A stretch of DNA of 64,000 bases from Verrucomicrobiia bacterium (GTDB taxonomy: Bacteria > Verrucomicrobiota > Verrucomicrobiia > Limisphaerales > JADLHS01): contig JAMLJH010000002.1 in assembly GCA_023953615.1 (NCBI GenBank), positions 396,592 to 460,591 on the forward strand. Direction: 5' to 3'. Within the stretch, counting starts at the first letter, position 1. Each line of letters opens with the position of its first letter. A program made the position numbers and the translations under genes. The notes under the pieces are model-generated. The model saw nothing but the letters and a program-made list of their open reading frames with translations. It did not search any database and was not told the DNA's origin. Shown here piece after piece: positions 54,671 to 64,000 of the stretch.

Positions 54671-55684
54671 ATGAAACGGATGGCGTTCATTATCCGTAAC
54701 TCAATTGTGTCGCTGCTGATGGTCCTGTTACTCGCCAGTTGTACCACGGTGCGAAAATCTGACGTTTCGCTGAACGGGTCGGCCATGGCGTTGATGGCCG
54801 CCACGGCCGATCTGGCGGCGGCGGGCGCGTCGCGGTTACCGGCGGATTATATCTGGGCAACACTGCGGGATCGGGCTGACGATCCCCAAGTGCAAGCGGC
54901 TTTTGATCGCGCGTTGCTCCGTCCCACCCGGGCGGCCCAAGGCGCGTTGTTACGCGCACTGGAGTTCAAGTTCATTCACGATCCGGGATGTTCAGGGCTG
55001 GATATTTTGGGGCCGGAGTTGAGCGATCACTTTCGCAACTTCAACTGGCAGGAGGATGATTTTCCGGGTGGCCCGAAAGGTCCGAATGAGCAGTTTGCCG
55101 ATGTCATGGTGGACGCCTTGGACCTGGTGCGTCCGGAGCGCCGGGCGAACCGTTCGCGCGCCGCGGTTGTTTTGCGGCAGGAGGTCAATGACGGCGTTTG
55201 GAATTATATCACCAACCAATGGCTGGCCGTTCCGGGACAGGAGCAGTGGAAGCTGAATCGTCACGCGCTGTCTTCGTTTGAGCGGATGCGCGAACAGGCG
55301 CGAACCGAAGGCGTGGATTTGATCATCCTTTCGTCGCATCGTTCTCCGCAGACGGCGCAAGCCAATGCGGCTCGCGCGGGCAATGCCAATGCCGTGGCCA
55401 GTTTTTCCGCGCACTCGCTCGGGCTGGCGATTGATTTCAAGATGAGTCAGGACGGGGAATTTCAAACGCGCGAAGGGTTCACCCGTCCGATGTCGGAACT
55501 GGTGCGGATGCGCCAATCGCCGGTTCATAAATGGCTGCTGCTGCGCGGCGAGGCGTTCGGATGGTATCCCTACCAAAATGAACCGTGGCACTGGGAGTAT
55601 AATCCGCCCGGTTTTCGCGATTTGTACTGGGCTGGTTTTCCGGGCGGCGCCCCCGCACGCGGGATCATCATTGACGGGCCATAA
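54671..55684 (+). CDS. Peptidase M15 (VanY/D-Ala-D-Ala carboxypeptidase-like) lipoprotein
   Basis: Lipobox (LLLASC) and SSHRS..Q, SAHSLGLAIDF, EPWHWEY motifs. Confidence 0.8.
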   Translation: MKRMAFIIRNSIVSLLMVLLLASCTTVRKSDVSLNGSAMALMAATADLAAAGASRLPADYIWATLRDRADDPQVQAAFDRALLRPTRAAQGALLRALEFKFIHDPGCSGLDILGPELSDHFRNFNWQEDDFPGGPKGPNEQFADVMVDALDLVRPERRANRSRAAVVLRQEVNDGVWNYITNQWLAVPGQEQWKLNRHALSSFERMREQARTEGVDLIILSSHRSPQTAQANAARAGNANAVASFSAHSLGLAIDFKMSQDGEFQTREGFTRPMSELVRMRQSPVHKWLLLRGEAFGWYPYQNEPWHWEYNPPGFRDLYWAGFPGGAPARGIIIDGP

Positions 55685-55907
55685 ACCAACTTCGCCCACG
55701 CCAGCGGCTCGCCAAAATAGCGATCAAGCAAGTGGTGACGCACACCATCGCTTTTGGCGCGGTTGATGATGACCTCCGTAAGCCCCGATTTTCAGCCGCG
55801 GATAACCGGTGAATATCTTTCAATAACTTCGTTTTGCGCTTACCAAATCCGGAGCGGAAAATTCAGATCGTCGCAGCGATGCGACGCTAAGTCGCTGCGG
55901 TTTCTTA

Positions 55908-56168
55908 TTGTCTCTATTCTCGTTGGTTTACGTCATGAAAGTTTTGCTGCAACACGTCCGTTCCCAGCTTTATCTACGGAGCTTGGGGTATTGGACCGTG
56001 AATCCCGAGTTGGCGCGGGATTTTCAGCAGCGGTGGGAAGCGCTTCGGTTCGCGAGCGAACACGTCATCACCGGGGTGCAATTGGTTGTGGACAATGTGG
56101 CGGCTGAGGAATTGGAGAGCGGTTTGTTGTTGTCCGCAAACGGCGCCGCAGTTGGCGCGGACGATTGA
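55908..56168 (+). CDS. Hypothetical protein
   Basis: 86-aa ORF with an alternative ATG at 55935. No family recognised. Confidence 0.3.
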   Translation: MSLFSLVYVMKVLLQHVRSQLYLRSLGYWTVNPELARDFQQRWEALRFASEHVITGVQLVVDNVAAEELESGLLLSANGAAVGADD

Positions 56169-56171
56169 ACC

Positions 56172-57458
56172 TCAACTGCCGCCCGCCCATTCGGGCTGGT
56201 GTTTCAGGTGGTAAAGCATTTCGCCCGCCTTGGGCACAAAGAGAATTCCTTCCGCCTCCCGATTCATGAAATCCATTTCGCGGATCGTCTCTGGATTACG
56301 GTAGCCCAGATTGATGTGGCGACAGAGCGACTCGGGGATGCCCGTGGCCAGAGTGACGCGGATGCGGCAATGTTCCACGCCATTTTCCATGCGGCCGATG
56401 CCGCGCACGTGCGTGCTGTGCGCGAGGATGCCCCAGGGGTAATGTTTGAATTGCTCCCACTGATTCACAAAATAGTCGCGGCAATGATACCCAATTTGTT
56501 CAATGATCCGGCCGTGGGTGACGGAAATCTCGCGCACATGCGGTGCGTAGATGATCAGTTCCCCGCCATCGGCCACCACCGGTTCGAGTTTGTACATGCC
56601 TTTGCCCGCCACCCAAAGGTCGTCATACATCAACGGAATTTTTGACAACACGGTGTGGAACGGGCGTTCCTTGTAGGTGATGTGGGTTTGTCGGGAAAGA
56701 TCGCTCGCCGCGTCCCAGGCACTTTCCGGGGAGCCGAACGTCAGACCGACAAGCGATTTATCCGGCGCAACGACGAGACAGAAGCAGGCCTTGGGCATTT
56801 TGACCAGGCCGCCGGCGCGATCCACGATCCGGCGCACCGGCGTCCATTTGTTGCCGATGATCATGGGGTTGGTAATCACGGCGCCGAGCCAGTGAAAGAA
56901 ATTCAAAATGCGCGGTCCGCCCACGCCCGGAAACAGGTACTTGTTGCCGCCGGAAAAGCCCACCACCTCGTGCGGGAAAACCGGACCGACAATGATGATT
57001 TGGTCGTAGTCAAAAACGAGCTTGTTGATTTCCACCGGCACTTCGATGGCAAACCGGCCGCCGGATAGCTCGCTGACCTCGGCGGGACTGAGGCGGCCAA
57101 TTTCCCGCAGCGCGTCGGGATTGTCCCATTCGTGATTAAAGAACCGCACCTTTGAGTAATCCTGGCGTCGTTGCGTCAGTGTGATTTCCAAACGATCGCA
57201 AATGGCCGCTTCGCTCATGGGCGGATGCGTGCCCAGCGCAATCAGCACGTCCAGCGCCGCGGTCGTCGCGCCGATCTGCGCGTAGATGGCCTGGAACAGC
57301 AGACCCAGCGGCGCGGTGCGCGTGTGGTCAGGGACGATGAGTAAAATTTTCTTTCCCCGGGATGCGGCCACCGGCAGCGCTTGTTGCACCAGTTGCGTTA
57401 CTTGTTCCGGAGACAGCCGACTGCCGGGCGCATGAAGTTGTAAAGCGGTTTCTGACAC
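56172..57458 (-). CDS. LarA-like (lactate racemase/DUF2088 family) protein
   Basis: The N-terminal KKILLIVPDHTRTAPL motif and the ~430-aa length fit the LarA family. Confidence 0.6.
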   Translation of the reverse strand: MSETALQLHAPGSRLSPEQVTQLVQQALPVAASRGKKILLIVPDHTRTAPLGLLFQAIYAQIGATTAALDVLIALGTHPPMSEAAICDRLEITLTQRRQDYSKVRFFNHEWDNPDALREIGRLSPAEVSELSGGRFAIEVPVEINKLVFDYDQIIIVGPVFPHEVVGFSGGNKYLFPGVGGPRILNFFHWLGAVITNPMIIGNKWTPVRRIVDRAGGLVKMPKACFCLVVAPDKSLVGLTFGSPESAWDAASDLSRQTHITYKERPFHTVLSKIPLMYDDLWVAGKGMYKLEPVVADGGELIIYAPHVREISVTHGRIIEQIGYHCRDYFVNQWEQFKHYPWGILAHSTHVRGIGRMENGVEHCRIRVTLATGIPESLCRHINLGYRNPETIREMDFMNREAEGILFVPKAGEMLYHLKHQPEWAGGS

Positions 57459-57549
57459 GCGGGAAAATTAGCAGAGGCGTCCGGCTAAATCCATTCCGCA
57501 AAGGAAACGGTTTGATCCTGCACCCGGCGCCGTCGGATTTGAATGGCGT

Positions 57550-58413
57550 TCAGATTTGCAGGCGCGTGAGGACTTCAGCCACGTTGGCTGGCCGGTGCGC
57601 CGGTTCTTTTTCCAGACAGGCGGCAACGGTTTCATCCCAGGCCAATGGGATTTTGGGTTTGCGCACGCCGGATTGAATCAAGCGTTCCGACATCGTAGGC
57701 GGAATGATTTCGTGCAGTTGCTGAAAGACGTCGCCATCGTGGAATGGTGGTTTACCGGTCAACAGTTCATAAATGGTGACGCCCAATGAATAGATGTCGT
57801 CGGAGACGGCGGGCGCGTCGCCAGTCCATTGTTGCGGACTCATATACCAATCCGTGCCGATCACGCGATGGTATCCGGGGTCGTGATCGTGAGCGCGCAG
57901 GGACCGCGCCAGCCCGAAGTCCGCGAGCTTCAAGCGTCCGCGCGAATCGAGAATGAGATTGGAAGGTTTGATGTCGCGATGCACGATACCGGCCGCGTGC
58001 GCAAAGGTGAGCGCCGCGCCCAGGTCCCGCAGCCAGGGCGAAATTTCCTCGCGGCTGAACCGCAGCCCCGGCTTGTCCACTTTCATGGACCAGAGCGACC
58101 AGCCGTCCACGTATTCCATCGCCACCGCCACGCCGTGTGCATCGCGTAAAAAGTCATAGACGCGCACGATGTTGGGATGGATCAATTGTTCGCTGCGCAC
58201 CGCTTCCACGCGCAACCGCTCGATTTCCCTGGCGTCGGCCAGTAAATGCGCGGCCAGAAATTTCAGCACCACCAGCCGCTCCCACTCGCGATCGTGTGCC
58301 AGCCACACCACACTCATGCCGCCGCTGCCCAGCGCGCGTTTCAAATAGTAACGTTCAAAAACTCGTTGGCCGGCCGTGAACGGAACTGGCGGACGACCTG
58401 ATGGTTGCGTCAT
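57550..58413 (-). CDS. Serine/threonine protein kinase (kinase domain only)
   Basis: GSGGMSVV, VLK, HRDIKPSNLIL, DFG and SPQQ motifs. ATG at 58413. Confidence 0.9.
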   Translation of the reverse strand: MTQPSGRPPVPFTAGQRVFERYYLKRALGSGGMSVVWLAHDREWERLVVLKFLAAHLLADAREIERLRVEAVRSEQLIHPNIVRVYDFLRDAHGVAVAMEYVDGWSLWSMKVDKPGLRFSREEISPWLRDLGAALTFAHAAGIVHRDIKPSNLILDSRGRLKLADFGLARSLRAHDHDPGYHRVIGTDWYMSPQQWTGDAPAVSDDIYSLGVTIYELLTGKPPFHDGDVFQQLHEIIPPTMSERLIQSGVRKPKIPLAWDETVAACLEKEPAHRPANVAEVLTRLQI

Positions 58414-58503
58414 TGCCCGACAACCTAGCAAAACCCCGTTGCGGATGGGTAGCAAAAGGAACTGGATCCCGTCGGGTTTCGTGTTGGCGACTGACTTTCC
58501 ACT

Positions 58504-59508
58504 TTGAAGTTACACGGGCAAATCTCTAGTTTGAGCGCCGTGCAAAACGAGTGGCCCAGTGTAACCGTCATCATTCCGGCGCGTCCCGATGCCGCCGAAG
58601 TGACGGCGGTGCCGGCCGCTCAGGCTCTGGATTATCCGGCGGCGCAGTTGGAAATCATCCTGGCGCGCGGCCGACAACCTTCCGTCCAACGCAACGCCGC
58701 GTTACGCGCGGCTCGCGGCGAATTGATTTATTTTCTCGATGATGACGCGCTGGCGCGACCGGAGAATCTGCGACGGGCGGTGGAACATTTTCGCGATGCG
58801 CGGGTGCAGATTGTGGGCGGCCCCAACCTTTGTCCGCGCGAGGCGTCGTTCCTGGAACAAGTGTTTGCCTTGGTGCTGACGAATTGGCTGGCGTTTGGTC
58901 CGAGCCGGGCGCGTTACGCGCCGGTCGGCGCGGTGCGGGACACGAGCGAGAAGGAATTGATCTTGTGCAATCTGCTGGGTCGCCGGGCGACGTTGCTGCG
59001 ACATGGCGGATTTAACGAAGCGCTGTATCCGAACGAAGAAAATGCGTTGCTGGACAACATCCAGAACGACGGCGGTCGGCTGATTTACGATCCGGAACTT
59101 TTCGTGTGGCGGCGTCCGCGACGCTCGTTAAAACAATTCACGCGGATGCTGTGGAATTATGGTCGCGGGCGCGCTGAACAATTCCGTTCCACGCCGACGC
59201 TGGGTTCATTGCTCAATTTCGTACCGCCGCTGTTTGTCGCGTACTTGGTGGCGGCGCTCGCGCTGGCCTGGCGCTGGCCGTGGGGGTGGCTGCCGCTGGT
59301 GGCGTACGCGCTGGTGATTGCCGCGCAGTTGTTGGTTTTGGGGCCGCGTGGCGGAATCATCCGCAGTGTGTGCGCGTTGCCCTTCCTGGTGGAAACGCAT
59401 GTGGTTTATGGTCTTGGTTTCTGGCGGGGACTGTTTACCCGACTTCATCCGACCGGGGCGAAACCAAATGGTGAAGTGCAATTGCAACGCTTCAGTCAGG
59501 CGCATTAA
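58504..59508 (+). CDS. Family 2 glycosyltransferase with C-terminal TM segments
   Basis: VTVIIPARPD, QRNAALRAARGELIYFLDDD, and C-terminal hydrophobic helices. Confidence 0.8.
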   Translation: MKLHGQISSLSAVQNEWPSVTVIIPARPDAAEVTAVPAAQALDYPAAQLEIILARGRQPSVQRNAALRAARGELIYFLDDDALARPENLRRAVEHFRDARVQIVGGPNLCPREASFLEQVFALVLTNWLAFGPSRARYAPVGAVRDTSEKELILCNLLGRRATLLRHGGFNEALYPNEENALLDNIQNDGGRLIYDPELFVWRRPRRSLKQFTRMLWNYGRGRAEQFRSTPTLGSLLNFVPPLFVAYLVAALALAWRWPWGWLPLVAYALVIAAQLLVLGPRGGIIRSVCALPFLVETHVVYGLGFWRGLFTRLHPTGAKPNGEVQLQRFSQAH

Positions 59509-60320
59509 CCACGGCGTTGCCGACTCGCTTCATACAGGAAAATCGCCGCCGCACTTGCGACGTTGAGCGAATCCACCGTCGGCGCGATCGGGATGGCGAC
59601 GGCGGCGTCACAGGCCGCCAGCACCGCCGGCGAAACGCCATGACCTTCCGCGCCGAACACGACACACAAGTCGGCGCGCAAATCGGTTGTGGGCAATTCC
59701 GATTGCTCCGTATGTGGATGCGCGGCGACGCAACGGATTCCGTGTTGTCGCAGTTGCGTGATGGCCTGAGCCAGATTCGCCGTTTCGATGACGGGCAATT
59801 CAAACACGGCGCCCATGGAGTTGCGCACCGCCCGCCGCAAATACGGGCTGGCGCAAGTTTCACCCACCAACAACGCTTGCGCCCCGAAGGCGACACAGTT
59901 CCGCACCAGTACGCCGATGTTTTCGGCACTGGTCAATCCATCGGCGGCCACTAGGAAACCTGATTTGGACCGACGCGCCAGCAGCTCGGGCAGGGGAGTG
60001 GGCGATGGAATTTTGGCTATGGCCATGACGCCTTGGAACAAGGTGAAGCCGACCAACGCTTCCAATGCCCGACGTTCGGTGACGCAATAGACGGAAATAT
60101 CCTCGGAACGATTTTGTAAAGCCGGTGCATATTCCGCCAGCCGCGCTTCCGGCAAGAGAACGGAAATAACCGCCAACGGACTGGCCAGCAGCCGATGCAC
60201 CACTTTATCGCCCTCGGCCACGAAGAGGCCATGTTCACGATGTTCGCGCGGTCGCTTTAACGTGCGGTAGGGCGCCAGGTTCGGCTGGTCCAGACTGTGG
60301 ATGCGTTCCAAGTGATACAT
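59505..60320 (-). CDS. TrmH/SpoU family RNA 2'-O-methyltransferase
   Basis: SpoU motifs (NIGVLVRN, VFGAEGHGVS, SLNVASAAAIFLYE). Confidence 0.85.
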   Translation of the reverse strand: MYHLERIHSLDQPNLAPYRTLKRPREHREHGLFVAEGDKVVHRLLASPLAVISVLLPEARLAEYAPALQNRSEDISVYCVTERRALEALVGFTLFQGVMAIAKIPSPTPLPELLARRSKSGFLVAADGLTSAENIGVLVRNCVAFGAQALLVGETCASPYLRRAVRNSMGAVFELPVIETANLAQAITQLRQHGIRCVAAHPHTEQSELPTTDLRADLCVVFGAEGHGVSPAVLAACDAAVAIPIAPTVDSLNVASAAAIFLYEASRQRRG

Positions 60321-60407
60321 GCGCGGATCAGGCTGGGACGTTCAAGCAACCGTTTCGCGCGGACGGGATGGTGGTTGGAAAGCCGGTTGGGTCAACGCGA
60401 ATGAGGA

Positions 60408-61250
60408 TCACAAACACAGCGTCGGGCACGGCACATTTTGTTGCGCCACATGCAGGTGAACGTGATTGGCGTGCAGCGTTTCGAGCCGTCGGGCCATGAC
60501 GCGTTGCGCCAGTTCGGGTTGGTTGCAATCGCGGCTGAGATGGCCGAGGTAAAGATACCGCAGATCGCCGGACATGATTTCGCCAACGCAATCCGCCGCC
60601 GCTTCGTTCGAGAGGTGCCCGTGCCGGCTGAGGATGCGCTGCTTCAAACTCCACGGACGGCGCGGGCACTCTTGCAACAGGCGCACGTCGTGATTGGATT
60701 CGAGCACGAGCGCGTTGGTTTTTTTGATGCGTTCCAGCACCAGCTTGGTGACGTGGCCGAGGTCGGTGGCGAAACCAATGCTGCTGCCGTTGGTGCGTAG
60801 CACGAAACCGACCGGATCCTGCGCGTCGTGGGGGATGGAAAAACTTTCCACGTTGATATCGCCGACTTCGAAACCGCCGCCCGCGACGAACAAACGAAAA
60901 TCCAATTGCGCCCGCTGATGAGCTTGCTGGATTTCCTCCATCGTGGCGCGGTTGCAATAGACCGGGATGCGCGCTTTTTCGGCGATGGCGACCAGCCCGG
61001 CAATATGGTCGCTGTGTTCGTGCGTGATTAAAATCGCCGTGAGATTTTCCGGCACGCGCCCCAACGTGGCGAGGCGTTGTCGGATCTGGCGTCCGCTGAA
61101 ACCGACGTCAATCAACAACCGCGTTTCATCGGTTTCGACGTAGGAAGCGTTGCCTTGTGAGCCACTGCCGAGGATGGTCAACTTAACCGCCACGCGAAAA
61201 CGGTAAGTCTTTGGTCCGAACGCGGCAACGCATTTTTCAGAAGTGCCCAT
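60408..61250 (-). CDS. MBL-fold metallo-hydrolase
   Basis: KLTILGSGSQGN, LLIDVG and ITHEHSDHIAGL motifs. The start is ambiguous: ATG 61250 or GTG 61193, while the ORF opens at 61436. Confidence 0.85.
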   Translation of the reverse strand: MGTSEKCVAAFGPKTYRFRVAVKLTILGSGSQGNASYVETDETRLLIDVGFSGRQIRQRLATLGRVPENLTAILITHEHSDHIAGLVAIAEKARIPVYCNRATMEEIQQAHQRAQLDFRLFVAGGGFEVGDINVESFSIPHDAQDPVGFVLRTNGSSIGFATDLGHVTKLVLERIKKTNALVLESNHDVRLLQECPRRPWSLKQRILSRHGHLSNEAAADCVGEIMSGDLRYLYLGHLSRDCNQPELAQRVMARRLETLHANHVHLHVAQQNVPCPTLCL

Positions 61251-61420
61251 TTCCGCGCACAACCGACGCGCATACCCCCCAGTCGCCGGGCTGAAGGGCA
61301 ATGGGAGTGCGGGCGAGCGCAGGCTGGCGGCAACGATTTTTCGCGCGAAGACTGTTTCGTGTCTTGAAAAAGTTTTTACTTCCTCGCAGACTGCTGGAAC
61401 GGATTCTACGAAACGGGTTA

Positions 61421-62707
61421 ATGAGTATGCAGGCAAAATTGGAATTGGAAGGTAAAGCGTATCACCTTCCCGTCGTGGTGGGCACCGAGGGCGAAAAAGC
61501 GGTGGACGTCGCGACGTTGCGGGCGGAAACGGGTTACATCACTCTGGATGAAAGCTACGGGAACACCGGTTCGTGCCAGAGCAGGATCACGTTCATTGAT
61601 GGAGAAAAGGGAATTCTGCGCTATCGCGGCATTCCGATCGAGGAGCTGGCGGAGCAATCGTCCTTCATCGAAACCGCTTTTCTGATCATCTACGGTCATT
61701 TGCCCAGCCGCCGCGAGATGGAGCGATTTTCAGAACTGTTGCAGGAGAACCAGATTCTGCACGAGAACATGAAGCATCATTTCGAGGGATTCCCGCCGTC
61801 CGCGCATCCCATGGCAATTCTTTCGGCGATGATCAACGCGGTCAGTTGTTTCTACCCCGAACTGATGCACGGTCACCACGGCGATTTTGAAATCCAGGTG
61901 GCGCGACTGATTTCCCAGGTGCGCACCATCGCGGCCTTCTCCTATCGGAAATCAAAGGGCGAACCGATCATTTATCCCAAGAAAAGTTACGCGTACACGG
62001 CCAACTTTTTGCACATGCTGTTCTCGGATCCCAATGACGATTACGAGGTCAAACCCGAGGTGGCGCGGGCATTGGATTTGATTTTTCTGTTACATGCGGA
62101 TCACGAACAGAATTGTTCCACTTCGACCGTTCGGATGGTTGCCTCCAGTCAGGCCAATCTCTACGCGAGCTGTGCGGCGGGCGTATGCGCCTTGTGGGGA
62201 CCGTTGCACGGCGGCGCGAATCAGGCGGTGGTGGAGATGCTCCAACAGATTCATCAGGAGGGCGACGACGGATCCAAATTCATCGCGGCGGCCAAGGACA
62301 AGACGAGTGGCCGCAAGTTGATGGGTTTTGGCCATCGCGTGTACAAGCATTACGATCCGCGCGCCAAGATCATCAAGCGGGCCTGCGACGAAGTGCTCGA
62401 TGCACTGCGGATTGACGATCCATTGCTCGCCATCGCGAAGAAACTGGAAGCCGCCGCGTTGCAGGACGGATACTTCATCGAACGTAAACTGTATCCGAAC
62501 GTGGACTTTTACAGCGGCATCATCATGCGCGCCCTGGGGATTCCCGTGGAAATGTTCACCGTGATTTTTGCCATCGGTCGCATGCCGGGTTGGATTGCCA
62601 ACTACAAGGAAATCACCGATGACCCGAAAAGTCGGATTTGCCGTCCGCGCCAGGTTTACGTCGGGGCCAGTCAACACCATTACGTGCCCCTGGCTCAACG
62701 CGTTTGA
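61421..62707 (+). CDS. gltA: Citrate synthase
   Basis: [20 protein letters not shown] and GFGHRVYK motifs. ATG at 61421. Confidence 0.95.
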   Translation: MSMQAKLELEGKAYHLPVVVGTEGEKAVDVATLRAETGYITLDESYGNTGSCQSRITFIDGEKGILRYRGIPIEELAEQSSFIETAFLIIYGHLPSRREMERFSELLQENQILHENMKHHFEGFPPSAHPMAILSAMINAVSCFYPELMHGHHGDFEIQVARLISQVRTIAAFSYRKSKGEPIIYPKKSYAYTANFLHMLFSDPNDDYEVKPEVARALDLIFLLHADHEQNCSTSTVRMVASSQANLYASCAAGVCALWGPLHGGANQAVVEMLQQIHQEGDDGSKFIAAAKDKTSGRKLMGFGHRVYKHYDPRAKIIKRACDEVLDALRIDDPLLAIAKKLEAAALQDGYFIERKLYPNVDFYSGIIMRALGIPVEMFTVIFAIGRMPGWIANYKEITDDPKSRICRPRQVYVGASQHHYVPLAQRV

Positions 62708-62719
62708 ATTTCCAGGCCG

Positions 62720-62744
62720 AACTCCCGCGGGGTTGCCGGGAGTT
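62720..62744 (+). terminator. Weak stem-loop after gltA
   Basis: aactcccg / cggggttgc / cgggagtt. There is no clear T-tract. Confidence 0.3.
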
Positions 62745-62794
62745 TGAGAAAGTAACTTCGAGATGGAGTGCTGAGCAAAGGTCGGTTGTCGCGC

Positions 62795-63874
62795 ATGAAA
62801 CGCATCTTGGTCATTGATGATGATAATGATCTGCGGGGTCTGGTGGAGACCGCGCTGCGCGGGCGTGGTTACGAGGTGCTGACGGCAACGGGAGGTGAGA
62901 AGGGCATCGCCATCGCGTCGCGCGAGCTGCCGGATCTGGTTTTGTGCGACGTCAATATGGCGCCGCTGGATGGGTATGCGACGCTGTCCGCGTTGCGCCG
63001 TGAACGAACCACCGCCACCATTCCGTTCATCCTGATGACCGGGCGGGCGGATCAAGTCGGCATGCGCCAGGGCATGGAATTGGGCGCGAACGATTATCTC
63101 CCCAAACCTTTCAGCCTGGAGGATCTCTACGCGGCGGTGGAGACCCGCTTGAAAATGGCCGAGCAGATGCGGGAGCAGGCCGGCGAGGCGTTGCATGATT
63201 TGCGTCACAACATCAGCATGATGTTGCCGCACGAATTCCGCACGCCGTTGAATGGCATCGTCGGCTTTGGTGAAGTGCTCGCGGCGAATCCCGCGGAGGA
63301 CATTGCCGAAATGGGGCAAACCATCGTGGATAGCGCGATGGCATTGCACCGTCTGGTGGAGACGTTCCTCGCGTACTCGCAATTGGAAATTTTGCGCGTC
63401 AACAAAAAGGAGACGGAGCTGCTGCGAAAGCAATGCTGCGCGGGCGACTTGTTGACCGAACGGGAAGCCAGCCGGCAGGCGGCGGCGGTCGAGCGCGCCG
63501 GGGATTTGGAATTATCTTTGCAACCCGTCCTCGTTGCCATTTCCGATGAGTACTGGGTGAAGTTGGTGGGCGAAATTATTCATAATGCGTTCCGCTTTTC
63601 TACCGCCGGCCAACCAGTCCACGTCAGCTTGATCACTTCCGGAGACCTCGCGGTATTACAGGTGACGGATCGGGGCCGCGGGATGAGCGCGGATCAAGTA
63701 TCCCGCATCGGCGCGTTCATGCAGTTCGATCGCCACAAGCACGAGCAGCAGGGGTTGGGTTTGGGATTAACCATCGCCCGGCGGATTGCTGAACTGCACG
63801 GGGGCAGTTTGGTGGTGCAGAGCGAATTGAAGGCCGGCACCACGGTCACGGTAAAATTGCCACTTGCGACTTGA
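62795..63874 (+). CDS. Response-regulator/histidine-kinase hybrid (REC-HisKA-HATPase)
   Basis: ILVIDDDNDLR...CDVNMAPLDG receiver, HEFRTPLNG, and GLGLGLTIA. Confidence 0.88.
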   Translation: MKRILVIDDDNDLRGLVETALRGRGYEVLTATGGEKGIAIASRELPDLVLCDVNMAPLDGYATLSALRRERTTATIPFILMTGRADQVGMRQGMELGANDYLPKPFSLEDLYAAVETRLKMAEQMREQAGEALHDLRHNISMMLPHEFRTPLNGIVGFGEVLAANPAEDIAEMGQTIVDSAMALHRLVETFLAYSQLEILRVNKKETELLRKQCCAGDLLTEREASRQAAAVERAGDLELSLQPVLVAISDEYWVKLVGEIIHNAFRFSTAGQPVHVSLITSGDLAVLQVTDRGRGMSADQVSRIGAFMQFDRHKHEQQGLGLGLTIARRIAELHGGSLVVQSELKAGTTVTVKLPLAT

Positions 63875-63876
63875 GC

Positions 63877-63999
63877 TTATCGCGTCGTGCGCGCGTAAAG
63901 GTCCACTAATCCTGGAAGGTTCACCAATCGTCCGTCCGGTTTGCCTGCCGCGTTGTAGCGCAGGGGAGTTTTGATTCCATTTTCCACCGCGTGCGCCAC
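63877..63999 (-). CDS. 3' end of an unidentified gene running off the window
   Basis: Hand translation of the minus strand gives ...VAHAVENGIKTPLRYNAAGKPDGRLVNLPGLVDLYARTTR*, a 40-codon fragment only. Confidence 0.3.
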   Translation of the reverse strand: MAHAVENGIKTPLRYNAAGKPDGRLVNLPGLVDLYARTTR

Positions 64000-64000
64000 G

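Overview
GC-rich bacterial chromosomal window, most likely Verrucomicrobiota or a close PVC relative. Supporting markers are a PEP-CTERM protein, an H-X9-DG prepilin-like protein, a PVM-type microcompartment operon, and a peptidoglycan plus FtsZ division cluster. Layout: queA; a dcw cluster (mraZ to ftsZ, 1.5-17.7 kb) that lacks murE, murD and murC; a small accessory stretch with a membrane glycosyltransferase gene split by a ~1 kb insertion; a DeoR-controlled bacterial microcompartment (BMC) operon (23.6-36 kb: PduL, 3 BMC-H, AckA, 3 BMC-P, acylating aldehyde dehydrogenase, class II aldolase); a seven-gene Wsp-like chemosensory operon whose output is a hybrid histidine kinase rather than a diguanylate cyclase (37-47.3 kb); then maf, batD/E-like genes, an AEC transporter, an AT-rich islet, a ~0.9 kb repeat-filled non-coding region, and housekeeping genes (M15 peptidase, LarA-like, Ser/Thr kinase, GT2, TrmH, MBL, gltA, RR-HK). 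The most unusual signal is that the BMC operon is colonised by several small nuclease or toxin cassettes placed exactly at gene boundaries. Two of them are bracketed by diverged duplications of the 5' end of the downstream BMC gene. Palindromic and MITE-like elements also fill intergenic gaps, and one lies in frame inside ackA. No rRNA, tRNA, CRISPR array, transposase or integrase was recognised. All family assignments come from motif recognition by eye, with no database searches.
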